Positions 44,618 to 54,045 of a stretch of DNA of 64,000 bases are shown here, in pieces. The translations under genes were made by a program, and so were the position numbers. Within the stretch, counting starts at the first letter, position 1; each line of letters opens with the position of its first letter. A model generated the notes under the pieces. It saw nothing but the letters and a program-made list of their open reading frames with translations, had not been told where the DNA came from and did not search any database. The stretch is from Acidimicrobiales bacterium (GTDB lineage: Bacteria > Actinomycetota > Acidimicrobiia > Acidimicrobiales > DATDAH01): positions 4,698-68,697 of the forward strand of contig DATDAH010000244.1 in the NCBI GenBank assembly GCA_036525535.1. Reading direction: 5' to 3'.

Positions 44618-46032
44618 CGGTCGATCACCCCGTCGGGCTCCGTCCCGCCCTGGTCGAGGCGGAACGGCGGGTACTCGTCCCGCAGCAACAGGACGTACGC
44701 CAGCACCCTGAACACCCACCGGTTCAGCCCCACGATCAGGTCGAACAGGCCCCGCGCGTACCGGCTGGTGAAGAGCAGGCCGACCCCGGCGATGACCACC
44801 AGGACCCCGATCAGCCCGGGCCCGACGCGTCGGCCACCCCACCACGCGCCGGCACCACCCCCGGCGAGGATCCCGATGATGATCAGGTGCGGGATGGCCA
44901 ACAGCCAGGACTTCACCCAGACCAGGCCCCGGGAGAGCCGCTCCGGGTAGTCGACGTCGAAGCCGGCCCGGTCGTCGGCCTGGGCCTCGAACGCGAACGG
45001 CGGGTACCGGTCCGTGCCCAGCGCCGCGTACGAGTAGAAGCCGACCCGCCAGGTCCACCGCATCACGCCGACGGTGTACCCGAACAGCGAGCGGGGGTAG
45101 CGGCCGGTGAAGACGATGGCGAACCAGGCGATGATCCAGACCACGCCCACCCCCACCCAGAGGACGGCGAGCACGATCACGTGCGGGATGATCAGCACCC
45201 ACTTGACCAGCCACAGCCAGCGGCTGAGCCCGTCGTCGAGATGACCGGTGAGGCGGATCGGCGCCGACGACGACACCGTCGACCCCATCGCAGGAACGGC
45301 CGCGGGGTGCGCGGCGCTGTGCCGGGAGAGCCCGACGGCGCCGAAGACCACGAGAAGGGCGCCGCCCACGAGGAACACGAACCCGCCGATGAGCAGGCCG
45401 ATCCCCAGCGGCAGCAACCAGTCGACCTTGGCGGCCACGGCCGCGTCGACGCTGACCCCGGCCGAGCCGTCGGCGTTCATCACGACGACGACCCAGTCCC
45501 CGCTCTCCAGGTCCCAGACCAGTGGCTCGCCGTCGGTGCCCTGGGCCACCCAGAAGTCCTGGTCCGTGGGCGGATCGGCCTGGTCGGCACCGTCCCGGAA
45601 CTGGTACTCGACCCGGAACGGGTCCACCTCGATGTCCTCGATCTGGGCCTGCGCGACCCCGTCCAGGTAGGCGGCCACGTCAGCGGCCGGCCCGATGCCG
45701 ACGAAGGCCGGAGACTCCCCCACCCCCTCCACGTCGATGCGCACGGTGGCCAGGTCCCCGGCGTCGAACCAACGGGTGTCGCTGGGCGACACCCCGAGGT
45801 CCAGCTCGTCGGAGATGATCACCGGCGTCGCCGTGTCGAGGCGCTCGCTCGACGTCGAGAAGTAGCCGTCGTCGTCGCGCTGGGTGGCGTGGGCCCACGT
45901 CAGGGCCGCGCCGGCCAGCACCACCGCCCCGGCGACCAGCACGATGAGGGCACCGGCGACGATCATCAGGATCCGCCCCACCGGCGTCGGTGACGCCGGT
46001 GGCGTGGCGGGAGCAGGAGTGGGGTCGGTCAT
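44614..46032 (-). CDS. membrane protein with N-terminal extracytoplasmic domain and two DUF4389-like repeats
   Basis: The start is trimmed to MTDPTPAP. The repeated C-terminal modules are LSRWLWLVKWVLIIPH...FTGRYPRSLF...DRYPPFAF and LSRGLVWVKSWLLAIPH...FTSRYARGLF...DEYPPFRL. Confidence 0.7.
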   Translation of the reverse strand: MTDPTPAPATPPASPTPVGRILMIVAGALIVLVAGAVVLAGAALTWAHATQRDDDGYFSTSSERLDTATPVIISDELDLGVSPSDTRWFDAGDLATVRIDVEGVGESPAFVGIGPAADVAAYLDGVAQAQIEDIEVDPFRVEYQFRDGADQADPPTDQDFWVAQGTDGEPLVWDLESGDWVVVVMNADGSAGVSVDAAVAAKVDWLLPLGIGLLIGGFVFLVGGALLVVFGAVGLSRHSAAHPAAVPAMGSTVSSSAPIRLTGHLDDGLSRWLWLVKWVLIIPHVIVLAVLWVGVGVVWIIAWFAIVFTGRYPRSLFGYTVGVMRWTWRVGFYSYAALGTDRYPPFAFEAQADDRAGFDVDYPERLSRGLVWVKSWLLAIPHLIIIGILAGGGAGAWWGGRRVGPGLIGVLVVIAGVGLLFTSRYARGLFDLIVGLNRWVFRVLAYVLLLRDEYPPFRLDQGGTEPDGVIDR

Positions 46033-46109
46033 GGCCCCATGTTCGCGGTTGCGAGCGGGCCGTGCACCGCCAACGGTCCCGGGTCGCCTCGCGCCGGTAG
46101 CTTGGTCGG

Positions 46110-46943
46110 GTGACATCGCTGGCGGAGCGTCTCGGCTACGACGCCGACGCCCGGCTGCTCATCCTCAACTGTGACGACCTCGGGTCGGCCCACGCCGCCA
46201 ACCTGGCCGTCTACGAGGCCCTGCGCGACGGTGTGGCCACCAGCGCCTCGCTCATGGTCCCCTGCCCCTGGGCCCGGGATGCCGCCCAGCGCTACCTCGG
46301 TGAGGACGTCGGCGTCCATCTCACGCTCAACGCCGAGTGGGACGTCTACCGCTGGGGGCCGATCACCCAGGCTCCCTCTCTGCTCGACGGCGACGGCGGC
46401 TTTCCCCGCACCCTCGAGGACCTGTGGGACCACGGCGACATCGACGAGGTCCGCCGGGAGTGCCGGGCGCAGGTGGAACGGGCCATCCTCTGGGGCTTCG
46501 ACGTCAGCCACCTCGACAGCCACATGGGCGGCCTGCAGCTCAAGGCCGAGTTCTTCGACGTCTACCTCGAGCTGGCCGTCGACTTCGGCCTCCCCCTCCG
46601 GCTCTCGGGGGCCTCGACCGAGCACCTGATCGGTTTCCCGTTCCGGGAGCTGGCGGCGGCGGAGGGCGTGGTGTTCCCCGACCACTTCGTCTACGTGCAG
46701 GGCGTCGGCAGCCGGGCGTCGCTGCAGGAGGCGCTGTTCGACCTGCGCCCCGGCGTCACCGAGGTCTACGTCCATCCCGCCGTCGACTCCGCCGAGCTGC
46801 GGGCGTCGTTCCCCGACTCCGCCGCCCGCATCGACGACCACGAGCTGGTCACCAGCGACACCGGCATCCGGGCGATGATCGAGCGCTCCGGCGTCCAGCT
46901 CATCGGCTTCCGCGAGCTGCGCGACCTCCAGCGGGCGGGCTGA
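46110..46943 (+). CDS. ChbG/HpnK (YdjC) family carbohydrate deacetylase
   Basis: 277 aa with LNCDDLGSAHAAN, TSASLMV and SHLDSHMG. Confidence 0.75.
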   Translation: MTSLAERLGYDADARLLILNCDDLGSAHAANLAVYEALRDGVATSASLMVPCPWARDAAQRYLGEDVGVHLTLNAEWDVYRWGPITQAPSLLDGDGGFPRTLEDLWDHGDIDEVRRECRAQVERAILWGFDVSHLDSHMGGLQLKAEFFDVYLELAVDFGLPLRLSGASTEHLIGFPFRELAAAEGVVFPDHFVYVQGVGSRASLQEALFDLRPGVTEVYVHPAVDSAELRASFPDSAARIDDHELVTSDTGIRAMIERSGVQLIGFRELRDLQRAG

Positions 46944-46954
46944 GCCGCCGTCGA

Positions 46955-47806
46955 CTAGCGGAGGCCGGCGAACAGGTCGGTTTCGGGCAGCTCGGACTCG
47001 ACCCGGCTCCGGGCCAGGACGTAGTCGTCGTAGGGGTGCACCGTGCGGGAGACGTCGCGGGGCAGGCCGAACCAGAACGGTGAGGTCGGGTCGACCTGGG
47101 TCTCGTGGGCCAGCAGCGAATCGAGGCGGACGTCGTACCAGTCGGCGATGTCGATGCTGGTGGTGATCTGGTCGTCCTGGCTGGGACGCTTGAACCAGTC
47201 CTCCCCGAAGGGGGACTCGATCCCCAGCTCCACGAACTTCTCGTGGGTGGCCTGGATGCGGGCCCGGGACCAGACGACGTAGTAGAGCTTCTGGGGCTCC
47301 CACGGCTCGCCCATCTCGGGGTAGGCGGTGGGGTCGCCGGCCGCATCGAAGGCCGGGAGGCTGATGTCGTGGACCCGCAGGTGATCGGGGTGCGGGTAGC
47401 CCCGCTGGTCGTCGCCGTAGGTGATGATGACCTGTGGCTTCTCGCGCCGGATGATCTCGACGAAACGGCCGACGGCCTCCGACAGCGGGGCGTTGGCGAA
47501 GTTGTCGGGGTGGGCGTTGTCCTCGCTGTCGGGCATGCCGGAATCGCGGTAACCCAGCAGGACGACCTCGTCGTAGCCGATGACCTTCGCCGACCGGGCC
47601 AGCTCCTCCCGTCGGACGTCGTCGATCCGGTCACGGATCTCGGGCCGGTCCATCGCCGGGTTCAGGATGTCCCCCGCCTCGCCCCCGGTGGCGGTCACCA
47701 GGACGGTTCGCACCCCCTCGTCGTGGTAACGGGCGACGGTCGGGGCCCCCTTGGAGGCCTCGTCGTCGGGGTGGGCGTGCACGGTCAGCAGGCAGAGGTC
47801 GGCCAT
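46955..47806 (-). CDS. mca: mycothiol conjugate amidase (LmbE family)
   Basis: The start is trimmed to MADLCLLTVHAHPDDEASKGAPTVARYHDEGVRTVLVTATGGEAGDILNPAMD, the Mca-type N-terminus of the LmbE family. Confidence 0.75.
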   Translation of the reverse strand: MADLCLLTVHAHPDDEASKGAPTVARYHDEGVRTVLVTATGGEAGDILNPAMDRPEIRDRIDDVRREELARSAKVIGYDEVVLLGYRDSGMPDSEDNAHPDNFANAPLSEAVGRFVEIIRREKPQVIITYGDDQRGYPHPDHLRVHDISLPAFDAAGDPTAYPEMGEPWEPQKLYYVVWSRARIQATHEKFVELGIESPFGEDWFKRPSQDDQITTSIDIADWYDVRLDSLLAHETQVDPTSPFWFGLPRDVSRTVHPYDDYVLARSRVESELPETDLFAGLR

Positions 47807-47870
47807 CGGCCAGGAACGTACCGCTGAGCTAGCGTGACGCCACCGACGGACGGCCACCACTGGGGGGACC

Positions 47871-49112
47871 ATGGCCCACCTGACCGCCCACGAGGCCGTC
47901 CTCACCTACTTCGACGAAGCCGCCCGGCTGCTCGAGCTGGACGAGAAGCTCCACACCGTCCTGCGCAGCAGCTACCGGGAGGTGCAGGCCCAGGTCCCGC
48001 TGACCCTGGACAACGGCGACCTGATCGTGGCCCGGGGCTATCGGGTGCAGCACAACGGGGCCCGGGGCCCGTACAAGGGGGGGATCCGCTACCACCCGAC
48101 GGCCGATCTGGACGAGGTCCGGGCGCTGGCGTCACTGATGACGTGGAAGACGGCCCTGGTCGACATCCCGTTCGGTGGGGCGAAGGGCGGCATCGAGGTC
48201 GACCCCACGCCCCTCAGCCACAAGGAGCTCGAGCGCCTGACCCGGCGCTTCATCGGCGTCATCCACCACGTCCTGGGCCCCTACCGGGACATCCCGGCGC
48301 CGGACGTCGGCACCAACGCTCAGACCATGGCCTGGATGATGGACGCCTACGGGCGCGTCGAGGGCCACACCCCGGCCATCGTCACCGGCAAGCCCGTGGC
48401 CCTCGGGGGGGCGCCGGGCCGCGAGCAGGCCACGGGTCGAGGCTGCATCGAAGTGCTGGATGCCCACCTGCACGCCGAGAACCGGACGCTTGAGAACGCG
48501 ACCGTGGCCATCCAGGGCTTCGGCAACGTGGGTTCGTGGGCCTCGCTCGAGGCGGTGGGCCGGGGCGCCAAGGTCGTCGCCGTCTCCGACGTGCACGGTG
48601 GCGTCCACCACCCCGACGGCTTGGACATCATCGACCTGTGCCGGACCGTCCTGAACGGCGGCCGATTGGCCGACGCCGAGGGCGTGACCGTCATCGACAA
48701 CGAGGAGCTGCTGGAGATCGACTGCGACGTGCTCATCCCCGCCGCCCTCGGCCAGGTCCTGACCGGCGCCAACGCCCGCGAGGTCAAAGCCGGCATCGTC
48801 GTCGAGGCGGCCAACTACCCCGTCACCCCCGACGGCGACGCCGCCCTGCACGAGATGGGCGTCACCATCATCCCGGACATCCTGGCCAACGCCGGTGGCG
48901 TCGTGGGCAGCTACTTCGAGTGGACGATGAACATCCAGCAGTTCACGTGGGACGAGGCCCAGTTCAACCAGCGTCTCGCCGCCCGCCTGCTGAAGGCGTA
49001 CGCCGCCACCCGGGAGATGGCCGACTACCTCGAGTGCACCCTGCGCTCGGGCGCCTACGCCATCGGCGTCCGCCGGGTCGCCGAAACCGTCGAGCTCCGC
49101 GGCTACATCTGA
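47871..49112 (+). CDS. gdhA: Glu/Leu/Phe/Val dehydrogenase family, probable glutamate dehydrogenase
   Basis: 413 aa with GPYKGGIRYHP, PFGGAKGGI and the Rossmann motif IQGFGNVGS. Confidence 0.8.
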   Translation: MAHLTAHEAVLTYFDEAARLLELDEKLHTVLRSSYREVQAQVPLTLDNGDLIVARGYRVQHNGARGPYKGGIRYHPTADLDEVRALASLMTWKTALVDIPFGGAKGGIEVDPTPLSHKELERLTRRFIGVIHHVLGPYRDIPAPDVGTNAQTMAWMMDAYGRVEGHTPAIVTGKPVALGGAPGREQATGRGCIEVLDAHLHAENRTLENATVAIQGFGNVGSWASLEAVGRGAKVVAVSDVHGGVHHPDGLDIIDLCRTVLNGGRLADAEGVTVIDNEELLEIDCDVLIPAALGQVLTGANAREVKAGIVVEAANYPVTPDGDAALHEMGVTIIPDILANAGGVVGSYFEWTMNIQQFTWDEAQFNQRLAARLLKAYAATREMADYLECTLRSGAYAIGVRRVAETVELRGYI

Positions 49113-49121
49113 CCCCCGAGG

Positions 49122-50360
49122 TCAGCTGACCCGGTCGAGGGGGAGGAGCTCGTGCTCGCCGGTCTCCTCGTCGAGGGTGAACCGCCAACCGAGGCGCTCG
49201 GCCATGAGGCCGCGACCCTCGTCGGGGCCGGTGACGATGAGCTCGTCACCGGCCTCGAGTTGGACGTACCGGCGGGGTTGGTAGCGGTAGCGGCCGTCCC
49301 GCTGGATGGCCAGGATCTGGAAGCCGGGCTCGATCTCCAGCTCCAGCTCGCTGAGCTTGGCCCCGTCGGCGGCCGAGCCCTGGGCCACCGGGATGCGGAG
49401 CACCACCTCGTCGCTCTCGCCGAGGGCGATGCCGAGGATCGGGTGGATCTCCTCGCCGTGCTCGATGAGCCAGACCATCTGCTGGGCCTGGTCACCGATG
49501 TCCTCGGCGGCCTGGGACAGAGCCAGCAGGCCCCGTAGGGGTGACGGGTCGATGTCGGGCGCGGCGGCCCGCAGGACCCACACCTCGAGGCGGTCCTTCA
49601 TCTCGTCCAGCCGGTCCTCCAGGTGGCGGACCTCCATGGCCAGGCTGCGGTCGCCGAGCACGAGGGCCGAGTACGCCAGGCCGACGGCGGCCTCGGAGAT
49701 GTTCTTCATCTCCACGAGCGTGTCCACGGCCCGGTCGAGGTCGGTGAGCACGGCGCCGTCGGGCACCATCGCCGGCGCCCAGGCCGACGCCCCGGCCAGC
49801 TCCCGGAGACGGGTGATTCCGGCCGGCGACCCCTCGCAGAAGAGCACGTCGCCGGGGAGGATGACCTGGTCGCCGCGGATCTCGTCGATGATCCATTCCC
49901 GGCCCCGGCGGATGGCCATGATGCGCATGCCCGTGGCCACCGGCAGCTCCAGGGCGGCCAGCGGTCGGTGGGCCATGTGCGACCCCTCCCGGATGAGGAC
50001 GCGGTGGGCCACCTCTTCGGCCTCGGACAGGTCGGCCACCAGCTCCCGGGGGATGCCCAGGCGGTGGGTGACGATGCGGGCGATGTTGGCGGCGGCGTTG
50101 GCGATGCGTTCGATGGCGCTGATGACCTGCAACACGGAGGCCATCTCGTCGGCCTCGCTCGGCTTGCGGGCCGCCAGGATGCACACGGCCCGCATCTCGT
50201 GGACGAGGTCGTTCATCTGGTCTTCGAGCTCGTCGACCTCCTCGGCCATGTCCGGGTCGCCGAAGTAGACCGACGCGTAGGCCAGGTCGAGCATCAGCTC
50301 GGACGCGTCCTTGGCCTCCGTGAGCATCGAGCGGAGGTTCCTGGGCTTGTCGTCCATCAC
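49122..50360 (-). CDS. tandem PhoU-like / TrkA-C (RCK_C) domain protein
   Basis: 412 aa made of two consecutive PhoU-like-helical plus TrkA-C units. The first is ...LDLAYASVYFGDPDMAEEV... + ...MRIMAIRRGREWIIDEIRGDQVILPGDVLF.... The second is ...GLAYSALVLGDRSLAMEV... + ...FQILAIQRDGRYRYQPRRYVQLEAGDELIV.... Confidence 0.7.
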   Translation of the reverse strand: MMDDKPRNLRSMLTEAKDASELMLDLAYASVYFGDPDMAEEVDELEDQMNDLVHEMRAVCILAARKPSEADEMASVLQVISAIERIANAAANIARIVTHRLGIPRELVADLSEAEEVAHRVLIREGSHMAHRPLAALELPVATGMRIMAIRRGREWIIDEIRGDQVILPGDVLFCEGSPAGITRLRELAGASAWAPAMVPDGAVLTDLDRAVDTLVEMKNISEAAVGLAYSALVLGDRSLAMEVRHLEDRLDEMKDRLEVWVLRAAAPDIDPSPLRGLLALSQAAEDIGDQAQQMVWLIEHGEEIHPILGIALGESDEVVLRIPVAQGSAADGAKLSELELEIEPGFQILAIQRDGRYRYQPRRYVQLEAGDELIVTGPDEGRGLMAERLGWRFTLDEETGEHELLPLDRVS

Positions 50361-50375
50361 ATTCCGCCGTACTCC

Positions 50376-50421
50376 GTCCGGCCGGCTCCGCCGATCGGGT
50401 CCGGTCGTCGGAGCTGCTCCG
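50376..50421 (+). repeat. dispersed intergenic repeat, copy D (block 2)
   Basis: GTCCGG..GGCTCCGCCGATCG (50384-50397), then N15, then GCTGCTCCG (50413-50421). The spacing is identical to copy A (16019-16056). Confidence 0.6.
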
Positions 50422-50486
50422 CGAGGCTGCGCCGCGTCATTGCCTCAGGGTAGGTGGTCTTTCAGCCGGAGTACCCCGCCCGCGGG

Positions 50487-51458
50487 TCAGCCCGCGGCTT
50501 GCTCCCCGAGCCGTGTCCGCATCTCGTCCTCGAAGGCCTGGACCTCCGGGCCGGCGTGGGTCGCGGTCAGGGCCGCCAGTCGGGCGTGGCCGGTGTGCTG
50601 CTCGGCGTCCCACTCGTCCGCAAAGCGCCCGGACGTGATGTCGTCGACCAGCTCCCGCATCGTGGTCCCGACATCGAGGTGGTCGTAGCGACCCCGACGC
50701 GACAGCTGGCCGTACTGGCTGGTCGGCGAGTGGTACGCCATCTGCCGGGCGAACCCCTCCTCCCGCAGGAGGCGATAGGTGCGCTCGACCTCCCCCGACA
50801 GGACCAGTTCGGTGATGACGGCCTCCAGGGGAATGCCCTGCTCCAGCATCACGCCGACGAAGTTGTTGGACACATGGGTCAGCGCCGGCGAGAGGACCTG
50901 CTCGACGGCCAGGTCGAGGACGGCCTCCTGCTGGGCGGTGAGCTCGATCGCACCCTGGCGCAGGCCACCGATGCCCTTGGCCACGGCCAGGGTGCGGACC
51001 TGGGCCGTGCCCGTGACGTCCCGGTGCACGCCGACGGCGGTGATGAAGCCGCCGCCCTCCTCGTAGCAGCGCCGGACCTCGGGACCGAGCATGCGGGGGG
51101 CGACCAAGCCGATGTCGCCGGCCGGGGCAAACCGGTCGAAGGCCAGCGTGTAGCCGCTGGCCACGACGGTCAGGGCCGCCGGGCCCGGTGTCAGGTCCAA
51201 TGACGGGATGGCGTCGTCGGGCACCAGGACGCAGACCACGTCGGCGTCATCGGCCGCGGCGATGTCGGCCGCGATGAACCCGTCGGCCTCCGCCTGCTCA
51301 CGGGTGGCGTCGGCCCGGACGCAGACCTGGACATCAAGCCCGGAGTCCCGCAGGTTGAGGGCCCACGAGCGGCCCTGGTTCCCGTAGCCGACGACGGCGA
51401 CGCGCTGGCCGGCCAGGACGCCGAGGTCGCCGTCGTCGTCGTGATGGATGGTCGTCAT
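50487..51458 (-). CDS. ketol-acid reductoisomerase-like protein (divergent class I KARI paralog)
   Basis: 323 aa from MTTIHHDDDGDLGVLAGQRVAVVGYGNQGRSWALNLRDSG. It is colinear with IlvC, but the cofactor loop and knotted-domain motifs diverge. No ilvBN genes are adjacent. Confidence 0.7.
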   Translation of the reverse strand: MTTIHHDDDGDLGVLAGQRVAVVGYGNQGRSWALNLRDSGLDVQVCVRADATREQAEADGFIAADIAAADDADVVCVLVPDDAIPSLDLTPGPAALTVVASGYTLAFDRFAPAGDIGLVAPRMLGPEVRRCYEEGGGFITAVGVHRDVTGTAQVRTLAVAKGIGGLRQGAIELTAQQEAVLDLAVEQVLSPALTHVSNNFVGVMLEQGIPLEAVITELVLSGEVERTYRLLREEGFARQMAYHSPTSQYGQLSRRGRYDHLDVGTTMRELVDDITSGRFADEWDAEQHTGHARLAALTATHAGPEVQAFEDEMRTRLGEQAAG

Positions 51459-51531
51459 GCCCCGAGCGTAGGACGGCACCGGAAGGGCCTCGGTCCGCCG
51501 AACCCGACCGGCGAGGCGGAATACTGCCCCC

Positions 51532-52176
51532 GTGGCCCTCCCCTCCCGTCCGCTCCGCTGGCTGGCGGGCGCGGCGCTCACCGTCCTGGTCGTGGCCGCC
51601 TGCGGGCCCGACGACGGGCGGCACCTGGCCGACCCGAACCCCGAGTTGACCGCCGTGCCGGTGCCGACCACGACTCCGGTCCCCGTCATCGACGAGGACG
51701 CACCGCTCCAGGGCGTCGGTCCCGGTGGCCTGACCCTGTCCAGCCCGGACTTCGCCCCCGGGGGCACGATGCCCCGTAGCGCGACCTGCCGGGGCGACCG
51801 GTCCCCGGAGCTGGAGTGGACCGACCCGCCCCGCCGGGTCACCGAACTGGCCCTGGTCGTGCAGGATGTCGACGCCGAGGGTGTCGCCCAGTGGGTCGTC
51901 ACCGGCATCCCACCGGGCACGACCCGGGCGCGCCTCGGGGAGCCCCCCGGCGGCTCGGACGTGCGGCTCAACAGCGCCGGCGTCGCCGCCTACTCCAGCC
52001 CCTGCCCACAGGACGGCTTCGCTCACCGCATCGTGTTCACCCTCTACGCCCTGGACCAGCCGCTGCCCGTCGGGGCCGCCGACCCGACCTCGGTGGTCAC
52101 GGCCGTCCAGGCCGCCTCCTACGGCTCGGCCAGCCTCATCGGCCGCGCCGCCCCGCCCGTCACCGAGGACGGCTGA
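51532..52176 (+). CDS. YbhB/YbcL (PEBP/Raf-kinase-inhibitor-like) family lipoprotein
   Basis: Has a lipobox-like LVVAACG. The PEBP core reads LTLSSPDFAPGGTMP...SPELEW...HRIVFTLYALD. Confidence 0.7.
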   Translation: MALPSRPLRWLAGAALTVLVVAACGPDDGRHLADPNPELTAVPVPTTTPVPVIDEDAPLQGVGPGGLTLSSPDFAPGGTMPRSATCRGDRSPELEWTDPPRRVTELALVVQDVDAEGVAQWVVTGIPPGTTRARLGEPPGGSDVRLNSAGVAAYSSPCPQDGFAHRIVFTLYALDQPLPVGAADPTSVVTAVQAASYGSASLIGRAAPPVTEDG

Positions 52177-52213
52177 ACCGATCCCGTCGTCACGCCGCCG
52201 TTGCCTCCTGCCG

Positions 52214-52486
52214 CTACCAGGTGACCGTGAACCCGGGCTCGCCGGTGGGTTCGATCGCTTCGACGCTGACGGCGTCGACCCGGGCCCGAGGCGGTCCCTC
52301 AGCCGCCCAGGCGAGGAAGGCCTCCACCGCGGCCTCCTCACCCTCCGCCTCCAGGACCACTCGGCCGTCGAGCCGATTCGCGGCCGAGCCGGCGACGCCG
52401 AGGCGTTCGGCCTCCTGGCGGGCCGTGTCCCGGTACCAGACGCCCTGCACCCGGCCGGACACGACCGCTCGGCGACGCACCGTCAC
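52214..52486 (-). CDS. acylphosphatase
   Basis: 90 aa from GTG at 52486: VTVRRRAVVSGRVQGVWYRDTARQEAERLGV.... A GTGA overlap links it to the upstream thioesterase gene. Confidence 0.75.
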   Translation of the reverse strand: MTVRRRAVVSGRVQGVWYRDTARQEAERLGVAGSAANRLDGRVVLEAEGEEAAVEAFLAWAAEGPPRARVDAVSVEAIEPTGEPGFTVTW

Positions 52487-53307
52487 AGGATCACGGCGAG
52501 CTGGCGGGACTGGGCCAGCAGCCGCCCCGATCGGCCCCAGATCTCGCCGTCCTCCTCGAGGTAACCCTCGGCCGCCACGCGGGTCCGGAAGCGGACGAGG
52601 AGCCAACCGTCGTCCTCGGGTGTAGGTGTCTGGCGCAGGTGCACGGTGAGGTCCACCGTGGGCACGCCCAGGCGCTCGGCCACGGTCCCGAAGATCGCCG
52701 GCACCCAGCCGTCGGCCATCTGGACCAAGGTGTGGACATCGGTCGGCTCCGGGTCGACCATGCGCATCCAGCCACCGGTCACGGCGTCGCCGATCGCTTG
52801 GAAGGGCTGCGGGCCGATGGCGTGACGGGACTCGATCTGGTCCCGGATCGGGATGGGGAACGGCGGTCGGGCCAGGACCTCGCAGTCCTCCGGCGGCGGG
52901 ACCGCGGGCATCGGTGCGTCGTCGAACTCGTAGGCCTCCCGCGAGAGCCCCGCCGACACCAGGGCCAGGGCCAGCAGTCGGCCGTCCTGGAGCAGGCGGG
53001 CGGACACCGCGCTCATCGTTCGGCCCGTGCGTTCGACGACGACCTCGACCTCGACCGGGCCATCCTCGGGCGGGCGCAGGTAGTGCACCGTCACCGAACG
53101 TGGCGCCCGCCCAGGGTCGGCCAGCTCCGTGGTGACCGCCCGCAGGAGGATGGCGGCCACGTAGCCCCCGTTCGGGCGCTCCACCCGCCAGGCGGGGTCG
53201 ATCCCGGCCCGGTAGCGGTGGTTGCCGAGCGCGGTCACCGCGGTGTCGAGGGCGAAGCGGGAGGTCACCGGGGCGAAGGTAGCGGCGCGTCCGGGGCCCG
53301 CGATCAC
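52483..53307 (-). CDS. acyl-CoA thioesterase-like (double hot-dog) family protein
   Basis: 274 aa with NGGYVAAILLRAV and ...TVDLTVHLRQ... in the second half, a TesB-like pattern. Confidence 0.7.
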   Translation of the reverse strand: MIAGPGRAATFAPVTSRFALDTAVTALGNHRYRAGIDPAWRVERPNGGYVAAILLRAVTTELADPGRAPRSVTVHYLRPPEDGPVEVEVVVERTGRTMSAVSARLLQDGRLLALALVSAGLSREAYEFDDAPMPAVPPPEDCEVLARPPFPIPIRDQIESRHAIGPQPFQAIGDAVTGGWMRMVDPEPTDVHTLVQMADGWVPAIFGTVAERLGVPTVDLTVHLRQTPTPEDDGWLLVRFRTRVAAEGYLEEDGEIWGRSGRLLAQSRQLAVIL

Positions 53308-53340
53308 TCAGGGGGCGCAGGCGACGGCCGAAGGAGACCC

Positions 53341-54045
53341 GTGGTGGTGTGGCTCATGTTGGTCGGCTTCGTGGCCTTCGGCGTCATGACGACGGTCGCG
53401 TTCAAACGCAAGGCCGACCGCAACGGGGACCTGCAGAAGCTGGCCGCGGCCAACGGCTTCGTCTACACCGAGGAGGACTGGTTCGCCTCCACCCGGGTGC
53501 CCTTCCAGATCTTCCGCCTCGGGAACCGCTCGATGGTCGAGAACATGATCGTCGGCCAGTCCGCCGACGGCGCCCCCGTCCGCCTCTTCGACTTGACCAC
53601 CTGGGACGAGAAGCAGACCGAGGACGGGACCCAGGAGAGCCACTACCGGTACATGACCTGCTGCCTGACCGAGACCGACCACGCCTTCCCGCACCTGGTC
53701 GTGCAGCCCGACACCGTGGCCACCCGCCTGCTCGAGAAGGTCGGGATGCCGTCGATCGACCTGGAGTCCGAGGCGTTCAACCGTCGCTTCATGGTCACCT
53801 CCGAGGACGAGCGCTTCGCCCGGATGTTCCTCGACCCCCAGATGATGGAGCTGCTGCTGTCAACCGACGGCCAGTTCCAGTTCGAGGTGCGGGGGCGCTG
53901 GGTCCTGGTCGCCGCCCCTCAGCTCCCGGCCGAGCTGTGCTTGTCGCTGGTCGGGCTGTCGAACCGCTTCCGGGAGTTGATCCCGCCCGTCGTGCGGGAG
54001 TTCCATCCGGATTTGCCCGACATCGTCGAACCGAGGCCCCGATGA
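53341..54045 (+). CDS. DUF3137-like membrane protein (LemA partner)
   Basis: AAGGAG lies upstream of a GTG triplet run at 53341-53349. It has an N-terminal TM span (WLMLVGFVAFGVMTTVAF), then ...FNRRFMVTSEDERFARMFLDPQMMELLL.... An ATGA overlap links it to lemA. Confidence 0.6.
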   Translation: MVVWLMLVGFVAFGVMTTVAFKRKADRNGDLQKLAAANGFVYTEEDWFASTRVPFQIFRLGNRSMVENMIVGQSADGAPVRLFDLTTWDEKQTEDGTQESHYRYMTCCLTETDHAFPHLVVQPDTVATRLLEKVGMPSIDLESEAFNRRFMVTSEDERFARMFLDPQMMELLLSTDGQFQFEVRGRWVLVAAPQLPAELCLSLVGLSNRFRELIPPVVREFHPDLPDIVEPRPR

